From Hydrogenophilus sp. (GTDB taxonomy: Bacteria > Pseudomonadota > Gammaproteobacteria > Burkholderiales > Rhodocyclaceae): DNA of 64,000 nucleotides. This document shows positions 11,310 through 19,555 of the stretch, in pieces. Location of the stretch: the NCBI GenBank assembly GCA_026416515.1, contig JAOAEZ010000004.1, forward strand, positions 41,227-105,226. The letters are read 5' to 3'. Under the pieces are notes generated by a model. That model saw only the letters and a list, made by a program, of their open reading frames with translations, searched no databases and was not told the origin of the DNA. The translations under genes and the position numbers were made by a program. The first letter of the stretch is position 1. Each line of letters begins with the position of its first letter.

Positions 11310-11333
11310 TCTCCCTCGGCGTCAGGAGCCCTC

Positions 11334-11810
11334 ATGAACCTCACCCACCTCGACCCGCGCGGTCAAGCCCATATGGTAGACATCTCTCCCAAACCCGAAA
11401 CCCACCGTGTTGCCATCGCCGAAGGGCGGATTCGGATGGCCCCTGCCACTCTGGAAGCCATCGCTGCGGGCACCACCCCGAAAGGGGACCTCTTTGCGGC
11501 CGCCCGCATTGCCGCTATCCTAGCAGCCAAACGCACAGGCGAACTCATTCCGCTCTGTCACCCGCTTCCCCTCACTCAAATCGCTGTCGACTTTGCCCTA
11601 GAGCCCCCGGACGCCATTCGCTGCACCGTTCGGGCCGAAACCGTCGCCCGCACCGGCGTCGAAATGGAGGCCCTCACCGGTTGTGCGGTTGCTCTGCTCA
11701 CCCTCTATGATATGGCCAAAGCCCTAGACCGCGGCATGGTTCTCGAAACGATCCAACTCATCGCCAAACGCGGGGGAAAAAGCGGGGAGTGGTCTCGCTC
11801 CCCCTCCTAG
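11334..11810 (+). CDS. moaC: Cyclic pyranopterin monophosphate synthase
   Basis: [42 protein letters not shown]. Confidence 0.97.
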   Translation: MNLTHLDPRGQAHMVDISPKPETHRVAIAEGRIRMAPATLEAIAAGTTPKGDLFAAARIAAILAAKRTGELIPLCHPLPLTQIAVDFALEPPDAIRCTVRAETVARTGVEMEALTGCAVALLTLYDMAKALDRGMVLETIQLIAKRGGKSGEWSRSPS

Positions 11811-11844
11811 TCCCTACCGCGGCGTCGTCTTTTTTCCTCCTCTC

Positions 11845-11873
11845 TTGTTTCTCCCTGTTAAATTTGCTACTAT
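11845..11873 (+). promoter_or_regulatory. sigma70-type promoter with extended -10
   Basis: TTGTTT-N17-TACTAT with TG immediately upstream of the -10 spacer base. Confidence 0.5.
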
Positions 11874-11904
11874 GAGGGTGTATTTTTACGCCAGGAGTCT
11901 CCCG

Positions 11905-12336
11905 ATGCGCCGTCTTCTCCTCCTTCTCTTTCTCCTTCTCAGCGGCACTGCTTACGCCCAGACCCCCCATTACGAAGGAAAACCCGCCGCCACGCCGGCG
12001 GAAGCCTGTGCCAACCTTCAACAGATCCTCGCCTCGCTCAAAGGCTATGGACCGCGCACCAGCGACCGTCTGGCCCCCGAGCAAATTGCTCAATTCCACC
12101 AGCCCTCCTACACCGCCCTCAATGCCGCGCAGCGTCTCAAACAATCGGCTGACGCACTCGTAGCAGCTGCTGAAGCCTTCCATGAAGCCACCGAACAAGC
12201 CGACCCGGCGCGTTTTACAGCGGCTGTTGTCCAACTCCGGCGAGCGGCGATGGAAACCCTTCGTCCCTGCCGTCCCCCTCATTATCAGCGCCCCGGCTGC
12301 CCTGGCTGTCCGCAATCCCCTCTCCCCCCATCCTAA
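11905..12336 (+). CDS. Hypothetical secreted helical protein
   Basis: AGGAG RBS; MRRLLLLLFLLLSGTAYA Sec signal peptide; 4 Cys including a C-terminal CPGC. Confidence 0.75.
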   Translation: MRRLLLLLFLLLSGTAYAQTPHYEGKPAATPAEACANLQQILASLKGYGPRTSDRLAPEQIAQFHQPSYTALNAAQRLKQSADALVAAAEAFHEATEQADPARFTAAVVQLRRAAMETLRPCRPPHYQRPGCPGCPQSPLPPS

Positions 12337-12368
12337 CGCCGCGTTCTCTCTTGTAAAACGCAGTGGAG

Positions 12369-13976
12369 ATGCTCTCTCCCCCACTCGGTGCGGCGACGCT
12401 CCCCGCTGCGCTTCTTGGGGCGGTTCGCCGTTACCACAGTCGGCATCCGCGGTTTGAGGATATCGTTCGCTCCTACCGCGACCGCGACCTTCTCAAAACA
12501 ACGCTAGCCTTCTACCGCCTCCTCGCCCCCCTTACCCAACGCGGTGAAACGGTGGGCATTCTTCTCCCCAACATTCTCGCTGCCCTTGCCCTCCTCATCG
12601 CCCTCACCGCCCTCGGCCGTCTCCCTGCTCTTCTCAATCCCACAGTCGGTCGCGACGGGCTCCTGCACGCCTGTCATCTCGCTGGAATTCGGCGCATCCT
12701 CACCAGCGACCAATTTCTCGTCAAAGCCAACCTCACCTCCCTTATCCTCTCGCTTCCTGGAATCGAAGTCACCTCTCTCGAAACCCTTCGTCAACGCTGG
12801 CGGTTTGCCGACACCCTCTGGCTGATCCTCGCCTTTCTCCATCCTGAACGGTGGCTTGCTCCTGACCCCCCCAACGCGATAGACCCCGAATCGCCGGCGG
12901 TGATCCTCTTCACCTCTGGCAGTGAAAGTCAACCCAAAGGCGTCCTCCTTTCGCATCGCGCCCTTCTTGCCAATGTCGCTCAAATCCTTGCCGTTCACCC
13001 CTTTGGCCCGCAAGATGCCATATTTAACCCCCTTCCCCTCTTTCACGCCTTTGGCCTCACCGTCGGCACACTTCTTCCTCTTCTCTCGGGCGCGCGCCTC
13101 GTTCTCTACCCTACCCCCCTGCACTACAAAGAGATCCCTCGCCTCATCGGCGAAAAGCGCTGCAACACCCTCTTCTCCACCAACACCTTTCTTCGGCACT
13201 ACGGCGAAGCCGCTGACCCTGCCGACCTCACCTCCCTCACCTATGTCGTCGCGGGGGCGGAAAAGCTCACCGAACCGGTTCGGCAACTCTGGCGTGAACG
13301 CTTCTCGATCGATATTCTCGAAGGGTACGGCTGCACCGAAATGGCCCCCGTCGTCGCGGTCAACCTCCCCGGCGACAACTGCCCCGGAACCGTCGGGCGG
13401 CTGCTTCCTGGGATTGAAGCGCAGATTCTTCCTGTCCCCGGAATTGCTGAAGGCGGTGAACTCCACCTCAAAGGTCCCAACCTCATGCTCGGCTATTACC
13501 GTGTTCAAGCCCCGCAGCAGCTCGACCCACCCTCCTCGGCGCTCGGCCCTGGCTGGTACGCCACCGGCGACCTTGCTCAATTTACCCCAGACGGTCGGCT
13601 CTCCATCCTCGGGCGTCTCAGTCGATTTGCCAAGATCGCCGGGGAGCGCATCTCGCTCGACCTCTCCGAAACGATCGCTCGCGCTGCCAGCCCAGCGGCG
13701 CAACACGCGGCCCTTGCCCTTCCCGACGACGAGCGCGGAGAAGCGATCCTCTTAGTCACCACCGATCCCGAACTCACTCGCGAACGGCTTATCGCCGCCG
13801 CCCGCGCCCACGGCTACTCCGAACTCGCCCTTCCCCGTCGGCTCATCTACCTCCCCGAGCTCCCTCTCCTTCCGACCGGTAAAATAGACTATCCCACCCT
13901 CGCCGCGCGCCTTCGCTCCTCTCCTCCTATCCCTCCCAACGGCGAATCACCTCTCTCTCCTCTCCCTACGGGTTAG
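12369..13976 (+). CDS. AMP-binding enzyme resembling the acyl-ACP synthetase domain of Aas (no N-terminal acyltransferase domain)
   Basis: ILFTSGSESQPKGV, PLFHAFGLT, PTPLHYK, EGYGCTE, WYATGD, RFAKIAGE, TGKIDY. Confidence 0.85.
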   Translation: MLSPPLGAATLPAALLGAVRRYHSRHPRFEDIVRSYRDRDLLKTTLAFYRLLAPLTQRGETVGILLPNILAALALLIALTALGRLPALLNPTVGRDGLLHACHLAGIRRILTSDQFLVKANLTSLILSLPGIEVTSLETLRQRWRFADTLWLILAFLHPERWLAPDPPNAIDPESPAVILFTSGSESQPKGVLLSHRALLANVAQILAVHPFGPQDAIFNPLPLFHAFGLTVGTLLPLLSGARLVLYPTPLHYKEIPRLIGEKRCNTLFSTNTFLRHYGEAADPADLTSLTYVVAGAEKLTEPVRQLWRERFSIDILEGYGCTEMAPVVAVNLPGDNCPGTVGRLLPGIEAQILPVPGIAEGGELHLKGPNLMLGYYRVQAPQQLDPPSSALGPGWYATGDLAQFTPDGRLSILGRLSRFAKIAGERISLDLSETIARAASPAAQHAALALPDDERGEAILLVTTDPELTRERLIAAARAHGYSELALPRRLIYLPELPLLPTGKIDYPTLAARLRSSPPIPPNGESPLSPLPTG

Positions 13977-14015
13977 CCTTGCGCAAAGGTCTTTATTCGC
14001 GGCGCCAAGCGATCG

Positions 14016-17000
14016 CTACGCTGGAGCGGACCGTTCCCGCCTCTGCACTGGCGTCACCGCCAGCAATGCCTCTATCTCCTCCTCGCGCAATCCTTTCTCT
14101 CCGCTCGCCTCTCCTCCCGCCAATGCTCCATCGAAAAGTGCTCGTTTTTGCCTCTGCAATGCCACCACCTGCTCCTCCACCGTCTGCGCGCAGATCAATT
14201 TATACACAAAGACTGGCCGTTCCTGGCCGATGCGATGGACTCGATCGATCGCCTGCTCCTCCACCGCTGGATTCCACCACGGATCGAGCACCACCACCGT
14301 ATCGGCTGCAGTCAAATTCAATCCCGTCCCCCCCGCGCGCAAGCTCAATAAAAAGACCGGGGATTCTCCTCGCTCAAAGCGCTCCACCACCCCCTGGCGG
14401 TCGCGTGTCTCTCCTGTCAACACCTCGTAAGCGATTCCCTGCTCCCGAAGAAGCTCCTCCACGCGGCGCAAAAAGGTCACAAACTGTGAAAAAAGCAGCA
14501 CGCGTCGCCCCTCTGCCACCAGCTCGGGCAAACGCGATCGCAACCACTCCAACTTCACGGACTCCCGCACTCTTTTTGCCTGGGGCACATCCACCAACGA
14601 CGGATCGCAACAACACTGGCGCAACTTCAGCAAGGCATCGAGCACCGTCCACTGACTCTTAGCCAATCCCCGCTCGGCCCAAGCCTGCCGCACGCGTTCC
14701 TGCATCGACACCCGGATCGCCTCGTAGACGGCTGCCTGTCGCTCTCCCAACGTCAACACCTCGACGATCTCGCTCTTAGGGGGTAGATCCTCTGCCACCT
14801 CCCCTTTACTCCGGCGCACCAAAAAAGGTCGCACTCGGCGGCGCAGAAATTCCAATCGTGCCTCATCGCCCTCCCGCTCGATCGGGATTCGGTACTCGCG
14901 CTGGAAAAAGCCCTCTGATCCTAAAAACCCTGGAAGCAACCAATCGAAGATCGCCCACAACTCCCCCAAATGGTTCTCCATCGGCGTTCCGGTCAAGCAC
15001 AACCGCTGCTCTGCGTGCAAGCGGCGGACAGCTATCGCCGCGCGGGCGCGTGGATTTTTCACCATCTGGGCCTCATCCAAAACCACCACCGACCACTCCT
15101 CTGCGGTCAATAAAGGGGCATCCCGCCACACCAACGGATAGGAAGTCACCACCACATCTGTCTTCTTTAACCGCTCCTGCTCCCCCTTCCGCTCTGTCCC
15201 CTGCCAGGCGATCACTCGCAATGACGGTGCGAATTGCGCCAACGCCCGCACCCATCCCCCCACCACGCTCGTCGGTGCCACCACCAATGCGGGCTGCTGC
15301 AACCGGCCCTGCTCTTGCTCACACAGCAGATGGGCGATTGTCTGCAGGGTCTTACCCAACCCCATATCGTCGGCCAAAACCCCATGCCAGCGGTAGCGGC
15401 GCCAAAATTGCAGCCATGCCAATCCCTCCTCCTGATAAGGGCGCAACACCGCCTGCAACCCTCGCGGCGGGGGCACGCGCGGTGGTCCCCCGCGGCGCAG
15501 CTCTGCCAAAGCGCTTGCCAGCCGAGATCCCTCCTCGAACTGCACCCACGCCGCTGCGGCCGCCACCACGCCCACCTCGTAGCGCGATACGCGCAGCGTC
15601 CCTCGTCGCTTTGGCTCACGCTGCAGCAACTCGCACGCCAAACGCAACACTGGCTCTAGCGGTCGCAAAGTCACCACCGCGCATCCCTCTGTCTCTCGTC
15701 CTGGCCAAGGCACCATCAACTCCTCTGGCCATCCCCCCGTCCCGAAGCGGCGGAAGAGCTCTGCGGCCACCCACTCGATCGGGACCACCTCCCGCTCGCC
15801 CACCACCACTCCGCCGCGCCATGCCAGCTCCTCTCCCCCTTGCTCCTCCACCACCTGCAAGGCAATGCTCGTCTGCGTCAGCACCTCTGGCCAAAACCCC
15901 TCCTCCGCCACCACCTGAGGGGCGAACCTTGCCAGTGCCTCTGGCAATCGTCGCCGTCGTTCCTCCCACTCGGCCGCCGTTGCCTTTCGATCGGTCCACG
16001 CTTTTGCTCCCACGACCGGTGGCTGTTCGGGCCACAACCACAACGACACCGCCTCAAACCACTCCCGCTCTCGTCTCTCCTGGCGCGTGCGCACCACCAC
16101 CACCTGCTCCTCCCCCCACTCATGCACTACCTCTCCGTTCCCTAACACCCTCACCCCTCCATACGTCACCTCTGGCTGGACCACCCGAGCTCCCTCTGGA
16201 TCGCGTCGCAACTGCAACACGAAGGTCGGTAGCTCTTCTACCACCACCTGGGGTACTTCAAGCGGTGGAGGGAAATGGTGGGGAAAGAGAGTACACCAAC
16301 GGCGGGAGAACTCCTGCAACTCCTCTTTCCCTATTGTGTCGGGCAACTCCACCTGTAATCTCTGGACCATTGGCCAGCTCACCCCGGTCGGGAGAATTAC
16401 CGGGGCCACACAGCGTCGATGGCGATCGATGGCAAACCACGGCAGTGTATTGGTCACCAACACCCACCGCTCCCGCTCTGGGCTTGCCAACGTGAAATGG
16501 CCGCGCATCCCGTTGCTTGACTCTCGCCATTCCCACCCCAAAGGAACCCCCTCCTCCTGCCACCCCAGTCGTACCCCCAACGTATGGCTCTGCCAAAATG
16601 CTCGGCCGCGACGCACTGCCGCTGCAAAAACTCGCCCTCGCCATACCGAAAAGTGCTCCAACGGCACGCCCCCTTCCGCGGTCAACCACACTCCCAACAG
16701 ATCCTCCTCGGACATCCCTCCCTGCTCCGCCAATTCAGACAGAATTCCCCACCACTCCGGCGTCAACCCCACCGCCCTACCGCGTACCCACCGGTTTGGA
16801 TCGCGCTGATGTCGGCGGCTCAACCACACTGTCCACCGCACCATTCCGGGGACCACCACCCGCACCGCGTAAACCAACCCCACCCCCTCCTCCTCCTCCT
16901 TTAGTACGGTGGCTGCCGCCACGCGTCTCAACGCCGTTATCCCCGGCGGTTCTTCCCTTGCCGACTCTACGCTCACCTCCCTCGAGCCTCTCTCCCTCTG

Positions 17001-17123
17001 CTGCCGCCCCCTCTGCTGCCTCGCCGGCGACTCTCCCCCTCCTCCCACGATCACCTGCAGCAGCCTCCTCAGCGACGGTTCCTCGCTCCCCCTGCTCTCT
17101 CCCTCGTTCTTTTGCTCGGTCAT
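14016..17123 (-). CDS. SNF2/SWI2-family helicase-like ATPase
   Basis: LADDMGLGKTLQ, LDEAQ, LTGTPMEN, GLNLTAAD, WWNPAVEEQAIDRVHRIGQ. Confidence 0.95.
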   Translation of the reverse strand: MTEQKNEGESRGSEEPSLRRLLQVIVGGGGESPARQQRGRQQRERGSREVSVESAREEPPGITALRRVAAATVLKEEEEGVGLVYAVRVVVPGMVRWTVWLSRRHQRDPNRWVRGRAVGLTPEWWGILSELAEQGGMSEEDLLGVWLTAEGGVPLEHFSVWRGRVFAAAVRRGRAFWQSHTLGVRLGWQEEGVPLGWEWRESSNGMRGHFTLASPERERWVLVTNTLPWFAIDRHRRCVAPVILPTGVSWPMVQRLQVELPDTIGKEELQEFSRRWCTLFPHHFPPPLEVPQVVVEELPTFVLQLRRDPEGARVVQPEVTYGGVRVLGNGEVVHEWGEEQVVVVRTRQERREREWFEAVSLWLWPEQPPVVGAKAWTDRKATAAEWEERRRRLPEALARFAPQVVAEEGFWPEVLTQTSIALQVVEEQGGEELAWRGGVVVGEREVVPIEWVAAELFRRFGTGGWPEELMVPWPGRETEGCAVVTLRPLEPVLRLACELLQREPKRRGTLRVSRYEVGVVAAAAAWVQFEEGSRLASALAELRRGGPPRVPPPRGLQAVLRPYQEEGLAWLQFWRRYRWHGVLADDMGLGKTLQTIAHLLCEQEQGRLQQPALVVAPTSVVGGWVRALAQFAPSLRVIAWQGTERKGEQERLKKTDVVVTSYPLVWRDAPLLTAEEWSVVVLDEAQMVKNPRARAAIAVRRLHAEQRLCLTGTPMENHLGELWAIFDWLLPGFLGSEGFFQREYRIPIEREGDEARLEFLRRRVRPFLVRRSKGEVAEDLPPKSEIVEVLTLGERQAAVYEAIRVSMQERVRQAWAERGLAKSQWTVLDALLKLRQCCCDPSLVDVPQAKRVRESVKLEWLRSRLPELVAEGRRVLLFSQFVTFLRRVEELLREQGIAYEVLTGETRDRQGVVERFERGESPVFLLSLRAGGTGLNLTAADTVVVLDPWWNPAVEEQAIDRVHRIGQERPVFVYKLICAQTVEEQVVALQRQKRALFDGALAGGEASGEKGLREEEIEALLAVTPVQRRERSAPA

Positions 17124-17188
17124 ACCCTCTTCACCGCAACGCAGTCAAACGTTCAAGTATAGCTGCAACGCGCTTCTCTGCTGTTGGG

Positions 17189-17215
17189 GAACCATCCCCT
17201 GTGTTAGCACTCAAA
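17189..17215 (+). promoter_or_regulatory. Putative sigmaE (RpoE) promoter of rpoH
   Basis: GAACCA(17189-17194)-N16-TCAAA(17211-17215), preceded by G (GGAAC). Confidence 0.55.
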
Positions 17216-17230
17216 TGCGGCGAGTGCTAA
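17204..17230. promoter_or_regulatory. CIRCE element (HrcA operator)
   Basis: Perfect TTAGCACTC-N9-GAGTGCTAA 40 nt upstream of rpoH; its right arm overlaps TGcTAAAAT (extended -10). Confidence 0.97.
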
Positions 17231-17269
17231 AATAGCGCGGTAACGGCATCACCGATCGGGAGGACCTTC

Positions 17270-18169
17270 ATGAGCACAATGGCGACGCTTCCTATTCCCC
17301 TCTCCACGAACGACGACCGTTTTTTACCGGTCTCGATCGGCACGCTCGACCGCTACATTCGGGCGGTGCAGGCGATTCCTCCTCTGACGGAAGCGGAAGA
17401 GCGATACCTCGCGCGCAAATTTCGCGAAGAAGGCGACCTTGACGCGGCGCGGCGTCTCATTCTCGCCAACCTCCGCTATGTGGTGCTCATCGCCCGTCAA
17501 TACTTCGGCTATGGGTTGCCGGAAGCCGACCTCATTCAAGAAGGCAACATCGGTCTCATGAAAGCCGTTCGGCGTTTTGACCCCGACCGCGGTGTGCGCC
17601 TCATCACCTTTGCCATCTACTGGATTCGGGCGGAGATTCACGAATTCATTCTTAAAAACTGGCGGTTGGTCAAAATCGCCACCACCAAAGCCCAAAAAAA
17701 GCTCTTTTTTAACCTTCGCAAGCTCCTCGGCAACGACCCGCTCACTCACGCACGGGCTGCCGAAATTGCAGCCACCCTCGACGTCAAACCGGAAGAAGTT
17801 ACCGAAATGCACACTCGCTTCACCGGTGGCGAGATCGCGCTAGAAGCCGAAAACGACGCGGACGAAGAGGCCTGGCGAGCCCCCATCGCCTCGCTCCCCG
17901 ACCCGGCCGGGACCCCAGAAGAGCAGCTCGCCGCCGCTGAAGAAGAACAACTCACCCACCATGGGCTACGGGCGGCGCTTGAACAGCTCGATGCGCGCAG
18001 TCGGGCGATCGTCACGCGCCGCTGGCTTACCGAACCTCCTGCCACCCTTCAAGAACTGGCCGACCACTACGGCATCTCAGCCGAACGGATTCGGCAGATC
18101 GAAGCCGCCGCTCTTAAAAAGCTCCGCGCTGCGCTCGCGGCTCCGCCGGCCCTCCTCGCCCCTCGCTGA
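17270..18169 (+). CDS. rpoH: RNA polymerase sigma-32 factor
   Basis: DLIQEGNIGLMKAVRRFDP, RpoH box QKKLFFNLR, region 4 TLQELADHYGISAERIRQIE. Confidence 0.97.
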   Translation: MSTMATLPIPLSTNDDRFLPVSIGTLDRYIRAVQAIPPLTEAEERYLARKFREEGDLDAARRLILANLRYVVLIARQYFGYGLPEADLIQEGNIGLMKAVRRFDPDRGVRLITFAIYWIRAEIHEFILKNWRLVKIATTKAQKKLFFNLRKLLGNDPLTHARAAEIAATLDVKPEEVTEMHTRFTGGEIALEAENDADEEAWRAPIASLPDPAGTPEEQLAAAEEEQLTHHGLRAALEQLDARSRAIVTRRWLTEPPATLQELADHYGISAERIRQIEAAALKKLRAALAAPPALLAPR

Positions 18170-18186
18170 AAGCGTTTTGCGCTCCG

Positions 18187-19146
18187 GTGCCCCTTCTCGT
18201 CCCTCCTCCTCCGCCCATCGCCAACGCTGTCGCCATTGCCGGGGTTGACCCCTCTGGGGGGGCGGGTCTTTTAGCCGACCTCAAAACCTTCACCGCCCTC
18301 GGTGTTTACGGCTGCGGCATTGTCACTACCCTCACCGCTCAAAACACCCAAACCGTTGCTGCCCTTCATCTTCCCCCTGTCGACTTCTTTCGCCAGCAGC
18401 TCATCACCCTCTTCGCCGACCTCTCACCGCACGCCATCAAAACCGGCATGCTCGCCACTCCCGAACTCATTGAAGTCCTTGCCGAACATCTTCGCCAACA
18501 ACAAACCCACACCCCTCTTCCCCCTCTGATCGTCGACCCCGTTCTCACCGCCACCACCGGTCGCTCCCTCCTCGCCCCTGACGCTCTCCCCCTTCTCAAA
18601 CAGCAACTTCTACCCCTCACCACCCTCCTCACCCCCAACCTCCCTGAAGCCCTTGCCCTCACCGATCTCCCCCCTCCGGAAAACCCTTCTGCCCTTCATC
18701 GGCTTCTCGAACGGCTGCGGGCGCTCCTTCCCCCGGGGCCAGGTCGCTGGATCCTCCTCAAAGGGGGACACGCCGCGCGCTCCTCTCTTCTTACCGACTT
18801 CGCTTACGACGGCGAAACCCTCCTCGCCTACCAAGCCCCCCGCCAGCCCTACGCCAACCTTCATGGCACCGGCTGTACCCTCGCGGCAGCCCTCACCGCT
18901 CTTATCGCCCGCTGGTACTGCGCTGCCCCTTTTCCTCCTCCTCCCCTTACCCCTGCCCGTATAGCTCCTCTCCTTACCGCCGCCCATCGCTACCTTCAAG
19001 CAGCGATCGCCGGTGCCGCCCATCTTCGCGCTGGGCGCGGGGCTCTCCCCCTCGACCACGCCGCGCTCCTTCGTCCCTCCTTTTTGGGATCTCCCCTCTC
19101 CCCCTCACCCTCCCCTCCTGACGCCCTTGACAATTCCCACCTCTAG
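18187..19146 (+). CDS. thiD: Hydroxymethylpyrimidine/phosphomethylpyrimidine kinase
   Basis: IAGVDPSGGAGLLADLKTF, LTAQNT, KTGML, TPNLPEA, LKGGH, HGTGCTLA. Confidence 0.93.
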   Translation: MPLLVPPPPPIANAVAIAGVDPSGGAGLLADLKTFTALGVYGCGIVTTLTAQNTQTVAALHLPPVDFFRQQLITLFADLSPHAIKTGMLATPELIEVLAEHLRQQQTHTPLPPLIVDPVLTATTGRSLLAPDALPLLKQQLLPLTTLLTPNLPEALALTDLPPPENPSALHRLLERLRALLPPGPGRWILLKGGHAARSSLLTDFAYDGETLLAYQAPRQPYANLHGTGCTLAAALTALIARWYCAAPFPPPPLTPARIAPLLTAAHRYLQAAIAGAAHLRAGRGALPLDHAALLRPSFLGSPLSPSPSPPDALDNSHL

Positions 19147-19155
19147 AAGCACAAT
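19127..19155 (+). promoter_or_regulatory. sigma70-type promoter of the downstream orphan ORF
   Basis: TTGACA-N17-CACAAT at the end of thiD. Confidence 0.55.
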
Positions 19156-19186
19156 AGGAATACTCTCACCTGCGAAGAATCGCACG

Positions 19187-19555
19187 ATGACCTCCTCGCC
19201 CGATTTCCCATCGCTCCCTCCCCCTGAAAGTGCGGCGGGGAACCTTCTTGAACTTCTGCGTCAATTTCTTCCCCGCTGCGAGGACCCGTTCGACGGCTCC
19301 TATTATCGCGATCTCTGTGCGCGCATCCTTCACCTTGCGCGGCGTATTGAGCGCATTGACCGCGACGGCATGCGCATCCTTCGGGAGCGGCTCAAGCGTC
19401 TTGCTCACATTTCCCGTCGTCTCCGGGTGATCGAAGCCCAGCTCGCCCAACTCCAGCGGCAAAACGCTCTGCGCCCTGACCCCGAGCGCGCCCCCGACGT
19501 TCCTCCTACCCCCTCGACCTCTCCTCTCTTTACCCCCTCACCCCCTCGCCGCTAG
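19187..19555 (+). CDS. Hypothetical coiled-coil protein (122 aa)
   Basis: ATG 19187 downstream of a candidate promoter; amphipathic helical core RILHLARRIERIDRDGMRILRERLKRLAHISRRLRVIEAQLAQLQ. Confidence 0.6.
   Translation: MTSSPDFPSLPPPESAAGNLLELLRQFLPRCEDPFDGSYYRDLCARILHLARRIERIDRDGMRILRERLKRLAHISRRLRVIEAQLAQLQRQNALRPDPERAPDVPPTPSTSPLFTPSPPRR

Noticed and set aside
12250-12336. c-type cytochrome heme-binding motif in the small secreted protein
   Set aside because: The motif is CPGCP, not CxxCH.
14858-16495. 545-aa + strand ORF opposite the SNF2 gene, and similar long Pro/Ser-rich or antisense ORFs (7922-9034, 12504-13706, 45523-46911, 60073-61269, 60213-61364)
   Set aside because: Shadow frames of well-supported genes. 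High GC and the C skew suppress stop codons, and the translations are low-complexity with no motifs.
14016-17123. Anti-phage defence system built around the SNF2 ATPase
   Set aside because: No adjacent methylase, nuclease or other defence-type genes; composition matches the rest of the window.
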